Source: a virus
Reading direction: 5' to 3' (one strand)
Length of the DNA stretch: 64,000 nt
Virus record (IMG/VR): IMGVR_UViG_3300027714_000004
Coordinates: 81,427-145,426 of that record
The position numbers were made by a program, and so were the translations under genes. Below the pieces are notes generated by a model. The model saw only the letters and a list, made by a program, of their open reading frames with translations. It searched no databases and was not told where the DNA came from. This document shows, one piece after another, positions 36,301 through 45,620 of the stretch; the first letter of the stretch is position 1; the number at the start of each line of letters is the position of its first letter.

Positions 36301-38667
36301 TTTACTACGATATCCAGAGACATTTCGTTCAGAGAGACAAACCTCAGTATCCAAGACTTCATTGGCGAACAGATATTGGACGTTGAGATTATCCCGTTCA
36401 TGAGATCTCGTGTAGTTAACTTTGCGGCCAAAGGACTACGTCCAAACACTAAGATGTTCGCATTCTTAGGTAATAAGGACATGAGTTCATGGGTAAGACA
36501 AGAAACCTCTTCATCTAGATTCTCGGATAACCCCCAAGAGTTCGGTAGTCAGTATGCGAACGCAACTGAATATCCTGCTGTATTTGGTGGCCCAACTCTT
36601 CTAGTGACAGATGCCAACGGTGAATTATCAGGTAGTTTCTTCGTACCTAATACAACCGCCATTAACTTCCGAACTGGTAAGCAAGAGTTTAAACTCCTTG
36701 ACATTAGTGTTAATGACAATGATGAATCAACATCGTTGACTCGTGCAACCTATACCTCTACAGGTTCAATTGAGGGTGTACAGCGAACTGTACGTTCCAC
36801 ACGACTTGTTGATCTCCGTGCTGGTAGATTAGATCCTCTTGCACAGACATTCTTTGTCGACCAAATAGAGAACCCTAACGGACTGTTTATAACTAAGGCA
36901 CGTGTCTTTGTAGATACTAAAGATGACACTATCCCTTTACAGGTACAGATTCGTTCGGTAGAGAACGGTATACCGACCACACGTATCATTCCAGGCTCAG
37001 TTAAGTTCATCGATCCTAGTTCAATATCAATCCCAACTAACAGTGTTAGTGGTGATGGAACAAGCGTTGCGACTACAATTGAAGATGTTCAGGCATCTCC
37101 GACAATAGTTGAATTTGACGAACCAATTTACTTGACAAGTGGCGAAGAATATGCGATAATACTACTCGCTGAGTCGGAGCAGTATAACGTATACATTGCT
37201 GAGACTTATCAGAATGTATTCGGTTCACGTGAAGATAGAATAACAAAACAACCTACTCTAGGTTCTCTATTCTTATCACAGAACGGATTCACTTGGACAC
37301 CAGACCAAACTAAAGACTTAATGTTCGAATTAGATCGTGCAGAGTTTGTTGCTTCAGGTGATCTAATTCTTGACAATTCTCCGTTACCGAAAGTTACTCT
37401 AGGAAGTGATCCACTCGAAACTACTTCTGGTAGTCCAACAGTCAGAGTATACCACGAAGGTCATGGTCTAAGTCACAATGATAGTGTTTCTATCGCAGAC
37501 GTAGCCAATGCAATCGGTGGACTAGCTTCTTCGGTATTCGAAGGTACCTTTACCGTATCTACCCCATCATGGGATGGTTATAACATCACTGTTGCATCTA
37601 ACGCAACTTCATCAGCAAAAGGTGGTGGTGATGATGTAACACTTTCTCAACAAGTAGTGTATGATGATTTCGTACCACAGATACAGACTATTGTACCTAA
37701 CTCCACAAGCATTACTGCGAAGTTGTTACAACCAACCGTCTCGTCTTATGGCAGTACTCGATCAACTACGCGGTTTTTATATGGTTTACCTGCTGGATGG
37801 TCATTCGCAAAGTCAGTCTTCTTGAACAACTACAACTCTAATGTATCACCGAGTGTTGTTGCATCGTCAGAGAACGCTGGTGGTTCAGAGACTATGAAGT
37901 TTAACTTGAGTATGTCTACAGACGATACCAAGGTCTCTCCGGTAGTTGATCTTCAACGAGTATCTGTATTAGCTCTAGAGAATGTCATTGACACTATCGA
38001 TGCTGCACAACATATTACAGTACCTGTTATCATAGATGAATCTTCGGCGGGGGTGAAAGTTATATTTTCCGCTAATCGACCATCAACTGCCAACTTCGAA
38101 GTGTATATGAAATCCGCAGTAAACGAAGATGCATTGGTCTCAACAGACGACGATGGTGTATTTACAACAGAATGGGTACAAGCTAGTATAGACAAAGAAT
38201 TACCTTCGGACGATAACCCAGAAACTTTCCGTGACTACGAATATACACTTGACACAAACCAGTTCACTGCGTTCCAAGTTAAGATTGTAATGCACTCTAC
38301 TAACAGTTCTAAGTCTCCGGTCATAAGAGACTTACGTGCTATTGCATTGATAACAGGTAGTGGTGGAACTATTGGAGATCCTGCTCCACTCCAGAGTTTA
38401 AGTCTAGCTCCGCAGAATACCGCATTAGGAACTACTGTAGCTGATCCTGCTATTGATCCTGCTATTGATCCAGTAGTTGATCCAGTAGTCGATCCAGTAG
38501 TCGATCCAGTAGTCGATCCAGTAGTCGATCCAGTAGTCGATCCAGTCGATACTGGAACAACCCCTGACGGCGGTGGAGACTCTGGTGATGATGGAGAGGG
38601 GGAAACTCCTATTGAGGATGAAGGACTACCCACAGACCCCGTTAGCGGAGACCTAAACCCAGATTAA
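33355..38667 (+). CDS. Large virion structural protein (VrlC-like / DUF4815)
   Basis: KVLFNSGRALQAREL...Q, APGAHRY, RFTMKDIGKLE.R...L and DPLAQTF motifs. Confidence 0.85.
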   Translation: MAEFTNKTFEETYRDFYKAEDGYHKVLFNSGRALQARELIESQTIIQEEIARFGRNIFKEGALVNPGGATVNNQLEYIRLTAAAVIDTDLVGKTLTNGTIEMKVLEVVEADLIDPVTTLYVQYTDTSLIVDTTKAPRVSSLDILLRVDALTTTVLTVIDDSSDPIPASGLGTKAYFSAGDFFVQGHFVYMEGGSSFIDKYSKSPTTDIGFLIEQNIITEGEDVDLYDNQGQVPNQTAPGAHRYQIKLVPTTRDQVLVEENFVFIARVVDGVITREVSTFDGYNRINDLLAQRTKEESGNYVVDEFKAIFEENVLDDTLLTLDVTEGIAYVDGYRLEIGTTDIPVDKARDLITKTNEPVPAAYGNYVYIDEAASEGFGRFDEFGYVRLKTSLNNTIGYANVRGVQRDAVGTRVYIFNIRMNDIFDGGTGDKIGVESFSNVTQFDDPFPGYAGTPPVTVLVNSIIYEASDNSLLFPLPRTSPSTTPFTSNYTVQRYTRQIASGSGEISLSGVESTGWVICETAGPILAVSPSISGTYTGLTPNLSHDIAYYVELSNVQSRTKQITTIETVTSLPSVDYQKRPIFTGEVDGIALQSVKFRDSVATAWVDAEDITHQFIFDGGQRDNFYDQVVVYLKSGYLLPTGANHETQAIFTHYDHQDDGVYFSSSSYVDDTYETIPDHTTATGTVISLRDVLDFRPTRKFTYTGEFDVTAELPQNASAITINTIQYYLSRIDILVANATDSRGEIGFGELQVIRGESNIDPREPEIPTGSMALYKFRLNPYTFNSSDLVSTYIPNKRFTMKDIGKLERRVEDLYELTTLSLLESNTNSLTVLDANGNARTKAGFIADNFSTFTFSDIDNPQYRASIDPQGLLKPSFRENSVRLAYSTDNVNAVEKHGDLVTLPYSDAPLVSQLLATDTMNVNPFAVLTQTGHMDLSPSSDEWVETRNLPNVMQTTVRRFETPRTRPALRNNRNSNNFTNDGLFTTISRDISFRETNLSIQDFIGEQILDVEIIPFMRSRVVNFAAKGLRPNTKMFAFLGNKDMSSWVRQETSSSRFSDNPQEFGSQYANATEYPAVFGGPTLLVTDANGELSGSFFVPNTTAINFRTGKQEFKLLDISVNDNDESTSLTRATYTSTGSIEGVQRTVRSTRLVDLRAGRLDPLAQTFFVDQIENPNGLFITKARVFVDTKDDTIPLQVQIRSVENGIPTTRIIPGSVKFIDPSSISIPTNSVSGDGTSVATTIEDVQASPTIVEFDEPIYLTSGEEYAIILLAESEQYNVYIAETYQNVFGSREDRITKQPTLGSLFLSQNGFTWTPDQTKDLMFELDRAEFVASGDLILDNSPLPKVTLGSDPLETTSGSPTVRVYHEGHGLSHNDSVSIADVANAIGGLASSVFEGTFTVSTPSWDGYNITVASNATSSAKGGGDDVTLSQQVVYDDFVPQIQTIVPNSTSITAKLLQPTVSSYGSTRSTTRFLYGLPAGWSFAKSVFLNNYNSNVSPSVVASSENAGGSETMKFNLSMSTDDTKVSPVVDLQRVSVLALENVIDTIDAAQHITVPVIIDESSAGVKVIFSANRPSTANFEVYMKSAVNEDALVSTDDDGVFTTEWVQASIDKELPSDDNPETFRDYEYTLDTNQFTAFQVKIVMHSTNSSKSPVIRDLRAIALITGSGGTIGDPAPLQSLSLAPQNTALGTTVADPAIDPAIDPVVDPVVDPVVDPVVDPVVDPVVDPVDTGTTPDGGGDSGDDGEGETPIEDEGLPTDPVSGDLNPD
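38443..38550 (+). repeat. 12-bp tandem repeat encoding (DPAI)2(DPVV)6
   Basis: GATCCAGTAGTC units are directly visible. Confidence 0.9.
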
Positions 38668-38670
38668 ACT

Positions 38671-38910
38671 ATGAATAATCATCAAAGAGTAGAAGGTCAT
38701 AACAACTTAGTACGGGATAGGCGAACTGGTGTTGTCCTAAATAACAATAAGACTGAAATCGAAAACGCAAGAAAACTAAGTATAATACAACAAGAAAAAG
38801 AGGATCATATCAACACTCTTACTAATGAGATAGACTCACTAAGAACAGATATGGATCAAATAAAAGAATTGCTTTTTCGTTTAGTAAAGGATAAAGAAGA
38901 TGGCAGATAA
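38671..38910 (+). CDS. Small coiled-coil protein typically found after VrlC-like genes
   Basis: VEGHNNLVRD..TG..LN motif plus a C-terminal coiled coil. Confidence 0.7.
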   Translation: MNNHQRVEGHNNLVRDRRTGVVLNNNKTEIENARKLSIIQQEKEDHINTLTNEIDSLRTDMDQIKELLFRLVKDKEDGR

Positions 38911-39979
38911 TATACAAGTAGTACATCTCGCAGATAACATCAATGCGGCATTCGATAAGATCAATGAGAACTTTGAATTGGTTGCGACAGGTGCCTTTGG
39001 TGGGGGTGGTGATAGTAGTAGTACAGATTACTCCGATCTAGAAGCTGGCATTCTAGCAAACGCAACTGCGATCACTGGGATAGGGACAAGTATCACCAAT
39101 ATAGGTGGGAACATTAGTATTGTTTCCTCTCAGTACACTGACTTGAGTGCTACCGTTGGCGGTCTGGTATTTGGTGGAATTGATTCCGGTGTTCTTACTA
39201 GTGCGATTGCTACTGCCAACACTCAACTCGTTGCACGAATAGATGCCACTGAGAACAGTATCTCTGTATTGTCTGGAGACTACACTAACCTAAATGTGTC
39301 ATTGAATCAAATTCTCTCGGATGGTATTACCCTTACTCCAGAACAGGTAACCTCAGCCGTTGGTGGTGCTCTAGAAGCACTGACTACACGTATAAATCTA
39401 GATAGTGATAGGCTAGTGATCGAAGGACAAAAGATTGTAAATCTTACCGCAGAAGTATTTACTGTTGATGCTGGTGGTAATACAGTTAACGCAATTAGTA
39501 ATGCTACTAATCTTCTGCAACAGTCTATCAACATTGTCAACGGAAGAATATATGCAGCAGACGCAATAATGAAGACCGAATTAGAAACTAAGATCGGTAC
39601 TGACATTGCGACTGCGTCTTCAACTCTACAGACTCAGATCAATAACTTGGGTGGAACAACTGCAACATGGAATCTTGACCTAGTTGCTGGTACAGAGTCC
39701 AACCCACACATTGCTGGTATAAAGTTCGGTAATGACGGTGCAACCGCAGATTTCGCGTTGACCGCAGACACCTTCCGAATTGTAAATGCTACTAATAATG
39801 AGATTCAACCATTCACTGTTTCTGGTAATGAAGTCCAATTGTCAAATGCAACAGTTACGGGAAATCTAAATATAGGTTCAAACCTCAGTGGTGCGCATAC
39901 CGAAATTAAAGATGATGTCATCAAGGTGTTTGACCCAACTGGACAACTACGAGTTAAACTAGGCAACTTGGCCGGATAA
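38900..39979 (+). CDS. Coiled-coil fibre with a J-like (DUF1983-like) C-terminus, paralogue of 24882-27074
   Basis: AFDKINENF; IAGI.FG......F...ADTF.I; PFTV; RVKLGNL. Confidence 0.65.
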   Translation: MADNIQVVHLADNINAAFDKINENFELVATGAFGGGGDSSSTDYSDLEAGILANATAITGIGTSITNIGGNISIVSSQYTDLSATVGGLVFGGIDSGVLTSAIATANTQLVARIDATENSISVLSGDYTNLNVSLNQILSDGITLTPEQVTSAVGGALEALTTRINLDSDRLVIEGQKIVNLTAEVFTVDAGGNTVNAISNATNLLQQSINIVNGRIYAADAIMKTELETKIGTDIATASSTLQTQINNLGGTTATWNLDLVAGTESNPHIAGIKFGNDGATADFALTADTFRIVNATNNEIQPFTVSGNEVQLSNATVTGNLNIGSNLSGAHTEIKDDVIKVFDPTGQLRVKLGNLAG

Positions 39980-39980
39980 T

Positions 39981-40355
39981 ATGAGTTATGGATTAGAAAT
40001 ACGCAATTCGTCAGGGACTGTTATAGTCAACGAATTTAGCAATCTAGGGTCTCTTGTGGCACATGGTGTCATTTCAGCAGACAATGCTAAATACGATTCC
40101 GCGGCTGCCGCTAATCCTAATTGGGCATTAAATCCTATCTGGTTTGCTCCTGCTTGGTTCGCTTATGGTGAACGTGCTGCTATAACTATAAGTGTTCCTG
40201 ATTATATAAATGATGCTCAGTATCATGCAATCGTCTCAGGCCCGTCATCTTTATTTGTTTCGGGAGCAGAAGTTATAAGTACGTCCACTGGTAGTATAAC
40301 CGTTAAAAGAAATGATAAATTTGATGCATATTTTTATATTGTGAGAAAGGGATGA
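39981..40355 (+). CDS. Small fibre-tip accessory protein (MSYGLEI)
   Basis: MSYG N-terminus after a J-like C-terminus. Confidence 0.6.
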   Translation: MSYGLEIRNSSGTVIVNEFSNLGSLVAHGVISADNAKYDSAAAANPNWALNPIWFAPAWFAYGERAAITISVPDYINDAQYHAIVSGPSSLFVSGAEVISTSTGSITVKRNDKFDAYFYIVRKG

Positions 40356-41074
40356 GTTACGGACTACAGATAAAAAACGGATCCAATAATATTATTATTG
40401 ACGAAGCCTTTAAGAATTTTCAGATTGCTGCGATTGGTACATCAGCAGCCGGTACAGCTTTGCCAATCACAGGCAACCTTATGACGGAGGGTGGTTTGGT
40501 CTTTGCTAAACCAAGTGGAGTTAACACAAGCGATTCCGCTGGATGGCATATCGGTATAGAGATGAACTTTTACTCTGCTCACACAGGACAGTTCGATGTG
40601 AACCTGACCAGTACGTATTCTGGTGGTGTTGATAGATCAACCTCTGCAATAACATCCCCCAATCTTGGTAAGCAAGCTCCTAATATAGATTGGATATACA
40701 TAAAACCTTCGGCAACCCCAACAAGTACGGAATATGGATTGGAAGTATATGCCGCAGATGGCACTATGTCTTTCTCATCTGAAGTTAGTGGTATGTTCAA
40801 TATAATTTCAACTGCGGTAAGTAACCCCAGTACTAAGTCCGGTAACCACTTTTTCACTCCTTGGTACGCAGGATCTGGACGAGACGTGTTTGATTGTTAC
40901 GTATGTATCGGGAACTTCCTACACTTCCATATCTCCTCGACGACTTGGGGATGGGCGCATACTGCGAAGTGGCAGTCATCCGGTAATAAGTTGACATTGA
41001 TTCAACCAGACTGGGTGTATCCTAATAACACAGTCCCTGCAATGTATCTCATGGGACAACTGTCGGGTAACTAA
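40352..41074 (+). CDS. Fibre-tip adhesin-like protein (MSYGLQI...YGLEVY)
   Basis: Duplicated YGL motif, as in the N-domain of 27406-31452. Confidence 0.6.
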   Translation: MSYGLQIKNGSNNIIIDEAFKNFQIAAIGTSAAGTALPITGNLMTEGGLVFAKPSGVNTSDSAGWHIGIEMNFYSAHTGQFDVNLTSTYSGGVDRSTSAITSPNLGKQAPNIDWIYIKPSATPTSTEYGLEVYAADGTMSFSSEVSGMFNIISTAVSNPSTKSGNHFFTPWYAGSGRDVFDCYVCIGNFLHFHISSTTWGWAHTAKWQSSGNKLTLIQPDWVYPNNTVPAMYLMGQLSGN

Positions 41075-41110
41075 TTCGACAAATTAATTTAGTAAAGGAA
41101 CGTTTTAAAA

Positions 41111-41566
41111 ATGAGTAAAATATTAGCATACACGCATAAAGATACTGGAGAAGTTACTTCGGTAGTTACAATGTCTCTAGACGGTGGTTGTCCGGAAGAT
41201 GGTGAAAGTGTAGGTGATTCTATTGTAAGAGACATTACCGACATTGCTCAAGATGATTGGGCTTCGTACTCTGAAACTAAGTACTGGGATAATGGTTGGG
41301 TTACCCGTGGAGAGAAACCTTCGTCAAATCATATATGGCAAGACGGTGAATGGGTATTCAATGTAGTACACTTCTCTTTTCAAGTTCGTATAAGAAGACT
41401 AGAACTTCTAAATCAAAGTGACTGGACTCAAATGCCAGACAGTCCTCTATCCGAAGAGATGAAGACTGCATGGGGAGAGTATCGACAAGAACTCCGTGAT
41501 ATGACCATACTTCTTTCGGATATAGTCTCCGAAGAAGAACTTGATTGGCCTGCAACCCCAGAATAA
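41111..41566 (+). CDS. Tail fibre assembly chaperone-like protein
   Basis: SDWTQMPDSPL....W..YRQELRDM...WP..P motif. Confidence 0.8.
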   Translation: MSKILAYTHKDTGEVTSVVTMSLDGGCPEDGESVGDSIVRDITDIAQDDWASYSETKYWDNGWVTRGEKPSSNHIWQDGEWVFNVVHFSFQVRIRRLELLNQSDWTQMPDSPLSEEMKTAWGEYRQELRDMTILLSDIVSEEELDWPATPE

Positions 41567-41592
41567 AAAACTATATTGTAATAACTACTAAT

Positions 41593-41628
41593 AAATGTGC
41601 ATAGTCTTAGATCATGCACATTTTTTTT
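41593..41628 (+). terminator. Rho-independent terminator
   Basis: AAATGTGCAT...ATGCACATTTTTTTT. Confidence 0.7.
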
Positions 41629-41629
41629 G

Positions 41630-41637
41630 TATAAATA
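41630..41637 (+). promoter_or_regulatory. Late promoter TATAAATA
   Basis: Exact consensus heading the 41686-46324 unit. Confidence 0.8.
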
Positions 41638-41685
41638 CCATTAAGAAATACTACATTAACTGATAATTAATAGAGAGAGTCATCC

Positions 41686-44325
41686 GTGTCCGCATCCAGT
41701 ATACCCCTAAAAATTAAAAATAGCGCAGGTGACCTACAGGAATTCAGCCCCGAAGAAGAAATGTTTCTTGCGGTAAAATTGGGAGAGTCTTTATCAGAGT
41801 CTTCTGCTGGTGATATCGGAGACATTAGTCTAACGGGTGATGTTAATATAGGATCGTTTGTAGACACGTACTACAACGAAGTTACGGGTACTCACCCAGC
41901 ATCAAACATTACAGGAACTACCGTTACTACTACATTAAAACAGGTAGGTGGTTCTGCGTCAGAGACTGGATCAGATTTCATAAGACCTATAGGTTATTAT
42001 CAAAGCAGTTCAAATGCTGGATTCTACGATATGGTAGATCTAGATTTGAATAATTTAACAACTCGTGCACTGAGAACTGTTGAGACATTAGGTCTTCAGG
42101 GTACATTCGAATTATCATCAACTACGCCAGGCACTGATTGGGTAAAACATGTAGATAACGTGTTTACAGATACCATCGGTGACGGTACCTCGGTAGTATA
42201 CCATATTTGGAAACGTGTGACACTAGCAACTCCACCAGCGGGTCTAGCCACCGTACGACCAATGGCAACAACTTATGACGGATCTACCTTTGATGGGTTT
42301 AAAGAAATGTCAGACGATCAGATCAAGGCTACCCTTGGTCAACGTGCTAAAACTCTTCGAGCAACAGTAGGATCTATTGGTTCTTATCAGTTGCGTTCAT
42401 CCGCTCAAGGAGCTCCCACTTCAGCAGGTACTTGGGATGCACGTGGTTCTGCTACTAATACTCAACGAACCCTTGTTGACGCCGACTATTCTCGTACTCG
42501 TAATTCTGCATATACTCGCACTAGAGTTTCTGCATATTCACGTGATCGACAGTCTACATATACCCTAGACCGCACAGAATCATTCTCAAGGAATTTTACT
42601 GGTGACTTCGCTGGTACATATACTAGAGACTTCGCTGGTACATATACTAGCGATTTTACTGGAGTATATTCTAGAACTCGTCCTTCAACATATAGTCGTA
42701 GTAGACTAGAGGCATTCACTGGTTATTTTGCGGGTACTTATAATCGTGCACGAGTATCTACCTATACTAGTGATAGGATAGAAGGGTTCTCTTCAGCATA
42801 TTCACGTGCACGAGTATCTACCTATACACGTAGTCGTATTACCGACTTCGCTGGAAACTTCGTTGCAGGATATTCTAGAGGATTTGCTTCAGATTATTCG
42901 CGAACCTTTATCGGTGCATATTCATCTTCTTACTTTGGTGATTTTGTAGGAAACTATGCTCGTACTTCTACTCTAGTTTCCACACGCACTCGGTACTCTA
43001 CATACACACGAAATAGTATAACTAACACTCCCGTCTCTTATATGGGTAATTTCGTAGGGTATTATACTGGAGATTTCGCAAGTTCATACTCAAGAACTAC
43101 ATCGGGCACATATGCTCGGACGTTAGCATACTCTCGTACACTGTATTATACTGTTAGTTTCGTAGGAAACTTTTCTCGCGCAGCTGCGGGGTATTACACC
43201 GGAAACTATGCTCGTACACGAGATATGTCATATTGGGCATATTACGCTCGTAATATTGCTTACACAGGGTATTACTCTCGCAGCGCCAGTCAAGGTGCAT
43301 CATATTTCAGAAACATGGTGTCTACTCGTTTCCGATATGGTACTACCAGAAACGCTCAGGCATTTCCCAGCGACACCTCTCTCGACGGTAATTTAATTAT
43401 ACCTTGGTATTTTGCGGGGGACTTTGCAACTGCATTTGAATATGTTGCATACTACCCAGGCGGCACCTACACACGTTCAAGACTTGTCTCTAACACTTAT
43501 GCCAGAGTCATCCCCCTCTACTACGTGGGAAATTATAGTAGGACTGTAGGCGTTAACTACGTAGGTAACTATGCGAGAACGCGTGTAGCAAGCAGTCAAG
43601 GTACTGGTTACTATGCGACCACCTCAAACTACTCTTCTTCATACACGGGATATTACTCTAGAAACCAGACTCTTACTTATGCTGGTGCTTATGCACGAGC
43701 TCGTGCGAGTGTTGTACAAGATACATTTGTAGGTGACTACGCAAGAACATTTGCAGGTGCCTTCTCTAGTCAATTTGTTGGCGAATATACCACAACATCT
43801 ACAAGAACTCGATTAGCTTCGTTTGTCAGAAATAGAGTGCAGGCGTATACGAACACACGATCTTCGACATATTCTCGTGATCGTGTTGCTAATTTTGCAG
43901 GAGAGTTTACTGGTAACTACACAACAACATTCTCTGGAGACTATTCTCGAACCTTTGCTGGTAACTTTGTAGGTAACTATACCACAACCTTTATTGGTGA
44001 CTTTGCAGGAGCATATGCTAATACCTTTACAGGAGAATTTGTTGGAGACTTCACTACTAATTATGTAGGCAACTATAGTCGTGTACGTGTATCTGCGTAC
44101 GCTCGACTACGTACCTCAACCTATACTGGCCCTTACACAAGTGACCGCGCATCGACGTACATCGGAAATTTCACTTCGGACTACACGCGTGAATTTGTTG
44201 GAAACTATTCGAGAGATTTTGCTGGTCAATATTCACGTGCTTACCTCGGAAACTATACTGGTACAACTATTAGTGATGTGATCTATACCCCAGAAACATA
44301 TACCTTATACGTAAGGATTGCATAA
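41686..44325 (+). CDS. Virion protein with an about 590-aa mirror-complementary tetrapeptide-repeat hairpin
   Basis: About 268-aa N-domain, then period-4 aromatic repeats with antiparallel R/G complementarity. Confidence 0.75.
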   Translation: MSASSIPLKIKNSAGDLQEFSPEEEMFLAVKLGESLSESSAGDIGDISLTGDVNIGSFVDTYYNEVTGTHPASNITGTTVTTTLKQVGGSASETGSDFIRPIGYYQSSSNAGFYDMVDLDLNNLTTRALRTVETLGLQGTFELSSTTPGTDWVKHVDNVFTDTIGDGTSVVYHIWKRVTLATPPAGLATVRPMATTYDGSTFDGFKEMSDDQIKATLGQRAKTLRATVGSIGSYQLRSSAQGAPTSAGTWDARGSATNTQRTLVDADYSRTRNSAYTRTRVSAYSRDRQSTYTLDRTESFSRNFTGDFAGTYTRDFAGTYTSDFTGVYSRTRPSTYSRSRLEAFTGYFAGTYNRARVSTYTSDRIEGFSSAYSRARVSTYTRSRITDFAGNFVAGYSRGFASDYSRTFIGAYSSSYFGDFVGNYARTSTLVSTRTRYSTYTRNSITNTPVSYMGNFVGYYTGDFASSYSRTTSGTYARTLAYSRTLYYTVSFVGNFSRAAAGYYTGNYARTRDMSYWAYYARNIAYTGYYSRSASQGASYFRNMVSTRFRYGTTRNAQAFPSDTSLDGNLIIPWYFAGDFATAFEYVAYYPGGTYTRSRLVSNTYARVIPLYYVGNYSRTVGVNYVGNYARTRVASSQGTGYYATTSNYSSSYTGYYSRNQTLTYAGAYARARASVVQDTFVGDYARTFAGAFSSQFVGEYTTTSTRTRLASFVRNRVQAYTNTRSSTYSRDRVANFAGEFTGNYTTTFSGDYSRTFAGNFVGNYTTTFIGDFAGAYANTFTGEFVGDFTTNYVGNYSRVRVSAYARLRTSTYTGPYTSDRASTYIGNFTSDYTREFVGNYSRDFAGQYSRAYLGNYTGTTISDVIYTPETYTLYVRIA

Positions 44326-44434
44326 TACCCTTTATTGTGGTATAATGAGAGATAGAGAGGTGGGTCTACTAATGACCCACTTATCTAAGTACTATATACA
44401 TTATAATTTGAATTGAACTCTCTGGAGATATTTA

Positions 44435-44896
44435 ATGAGTCGTAAGCAGTGGATGGATAATGCATTCTGGGAAACGGATGAAAAGAAAGAACTGAACTGT
44501 ATCCTAGAACTTGAAGATGATGTTGGTCGTGTAACACGTCAACAGATGCTTTTACACCGAACTAACAAAGATGGTAGTGATAACGATCTTTTCAATGAAG
44601 TTATTGAATCGGTAGGTGAAGCATCTATTGATAAGGAAACAACTGATCGAGTTATCCGTAAAACTGCCGAAGTTGAAGAAGAGAAGTTGCGAGACGATGA
44701 GCATCAAAAAGCACGTAAGCTCGAAAAACTTTTTAATTATAAGATGGAAGCTTTCGAAGTGGATGAGATTAAACTCTCCAAAAACCGAAAGTTAAAGGCT
44801 AAGTTGCGCCGTGCTAAGTCAAAGATTGAAGTCGATCTATACTCAATCATGATTCTACAAGAGCAACTAGAGGCCACGGAAGATGGAAAAAAGTAA
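44435..44896 (+). CDS. Hypothetical charged helical protein
   Basis: GGAG RBS; overlaps the glycosyltransferase start. Confidence 0.7.
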   Translation: MSRKQWMDNAFWETDEKKELNCILELEDDVGRVTRQQMLLHRTNKDGSDNDLFNEVIESVGEASIDKETTDRVIRKTAEVEEEKLRDDEHQKARKLEKLFNYKMEAFEVDEIKLSKNRKLKAKLRRAKSKIEVDLYSIMILQEQLEATEDGKK

Positions 44897-45620
44897 AGGA
44901 TTTCTAATAGTTGCGTCTAAGAAACGTAACTTCTACTTATACGCTATTAATCTTGCAGAGTCTCTTAGGGATTACTATGATCCTGAAGATGAATGTAAAA
45001 TTTGTTTAGTGACAGAGGAACAGTTCCTAGACGACCGTGGTAGAGACGTTGCGGACGATATCATCTTTTGTGATGACCATTATCGCGCTAAGTTATGGGG
45101 AATGTCTCAGTCTCCATATGACGTGACAATGTATATTGATGCCGACATGGAATGTGAACACGAAGATATTATCAAAGTATGGGATGAGATGAAAGACCAT
45201 GATTTGGTATTCACTGCTCTCACTGATGACCGTGATTATATTTACGCGGAACGGGATTTCTCCACACCAGAAGGTATGTCGAAATTTACTTTGTGCGGTG
45301 GTGTATGTTTGTATGATATGTCTAAACCAATAGTCCGTGAGTTCATGGATGATTGGTGGGACTTAACATATCGACAGATGAACAATACTTGGTGGCCCAA
45401 GGGTTATATAGAAAGTCTCAAAGCTTGGGATCAGTTCTCACTTTGGTGGTTGACCGAGAAAGAAGACAAATATAAAGATCTCAAGATCGGTATCTTTGAT
45501 GACGACTTGAGGTGGAACTATTATAACGCTCTGAACTGGGCGATCACAAAACCGGAGAACGGGCCAGTGATTCTGCGTCACTTCTCTGCGGGTTTAAATA
45601 AGGATACTCCAATAGTATGA
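44883..45620 (+). CDS. GT-A fold glycosyltransferase-like protein
   Basis: KL..MSQSPYDVTMYIDAD (DxD), GGVCLY, WDQFSL, RWNY and ILRH motifs. Confidence 0.75.
   Translation: MEKSKGFLIVASKKRNFYLYAINLAESLRDYYDPEDECKICLVTEEQFLDDRGRDVADDIIFCDDHYRAKLWGMSQSPYDVTMYIDADMECEHEDIIKVWDEMKDHDLVFTALTDDRDYIYAERDFSTPEGMSKFTLCGGVCLYDMSKPIVREFMDDWWDLTYRQMNNTWWPKGYIESLKAWDQFSLWWLTEKEDKYKDLKIGIFDDDLRWNYYNALNWAITKPENGPVILRHFSAGLNKDTPIV

Noticed and set aside
42490-44256. The mirror symmetry might be a DNA inverted repeat or invertible segment
   Set aside because: The paired units I spot-checked are not reverse complements at the DNA level (TCTCGTACTCGT vs CTCGGAAACTAT), and no invertase is seen. The symmetry appears to be at the protein level.
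27406-44325. YSR/GNY repeats as RiPP-like multi-core precursor peptides
   Set aside because: There is no leader/core/protease-site pattern. The structural-gene context and antiparallel register fit a folded fibre better.
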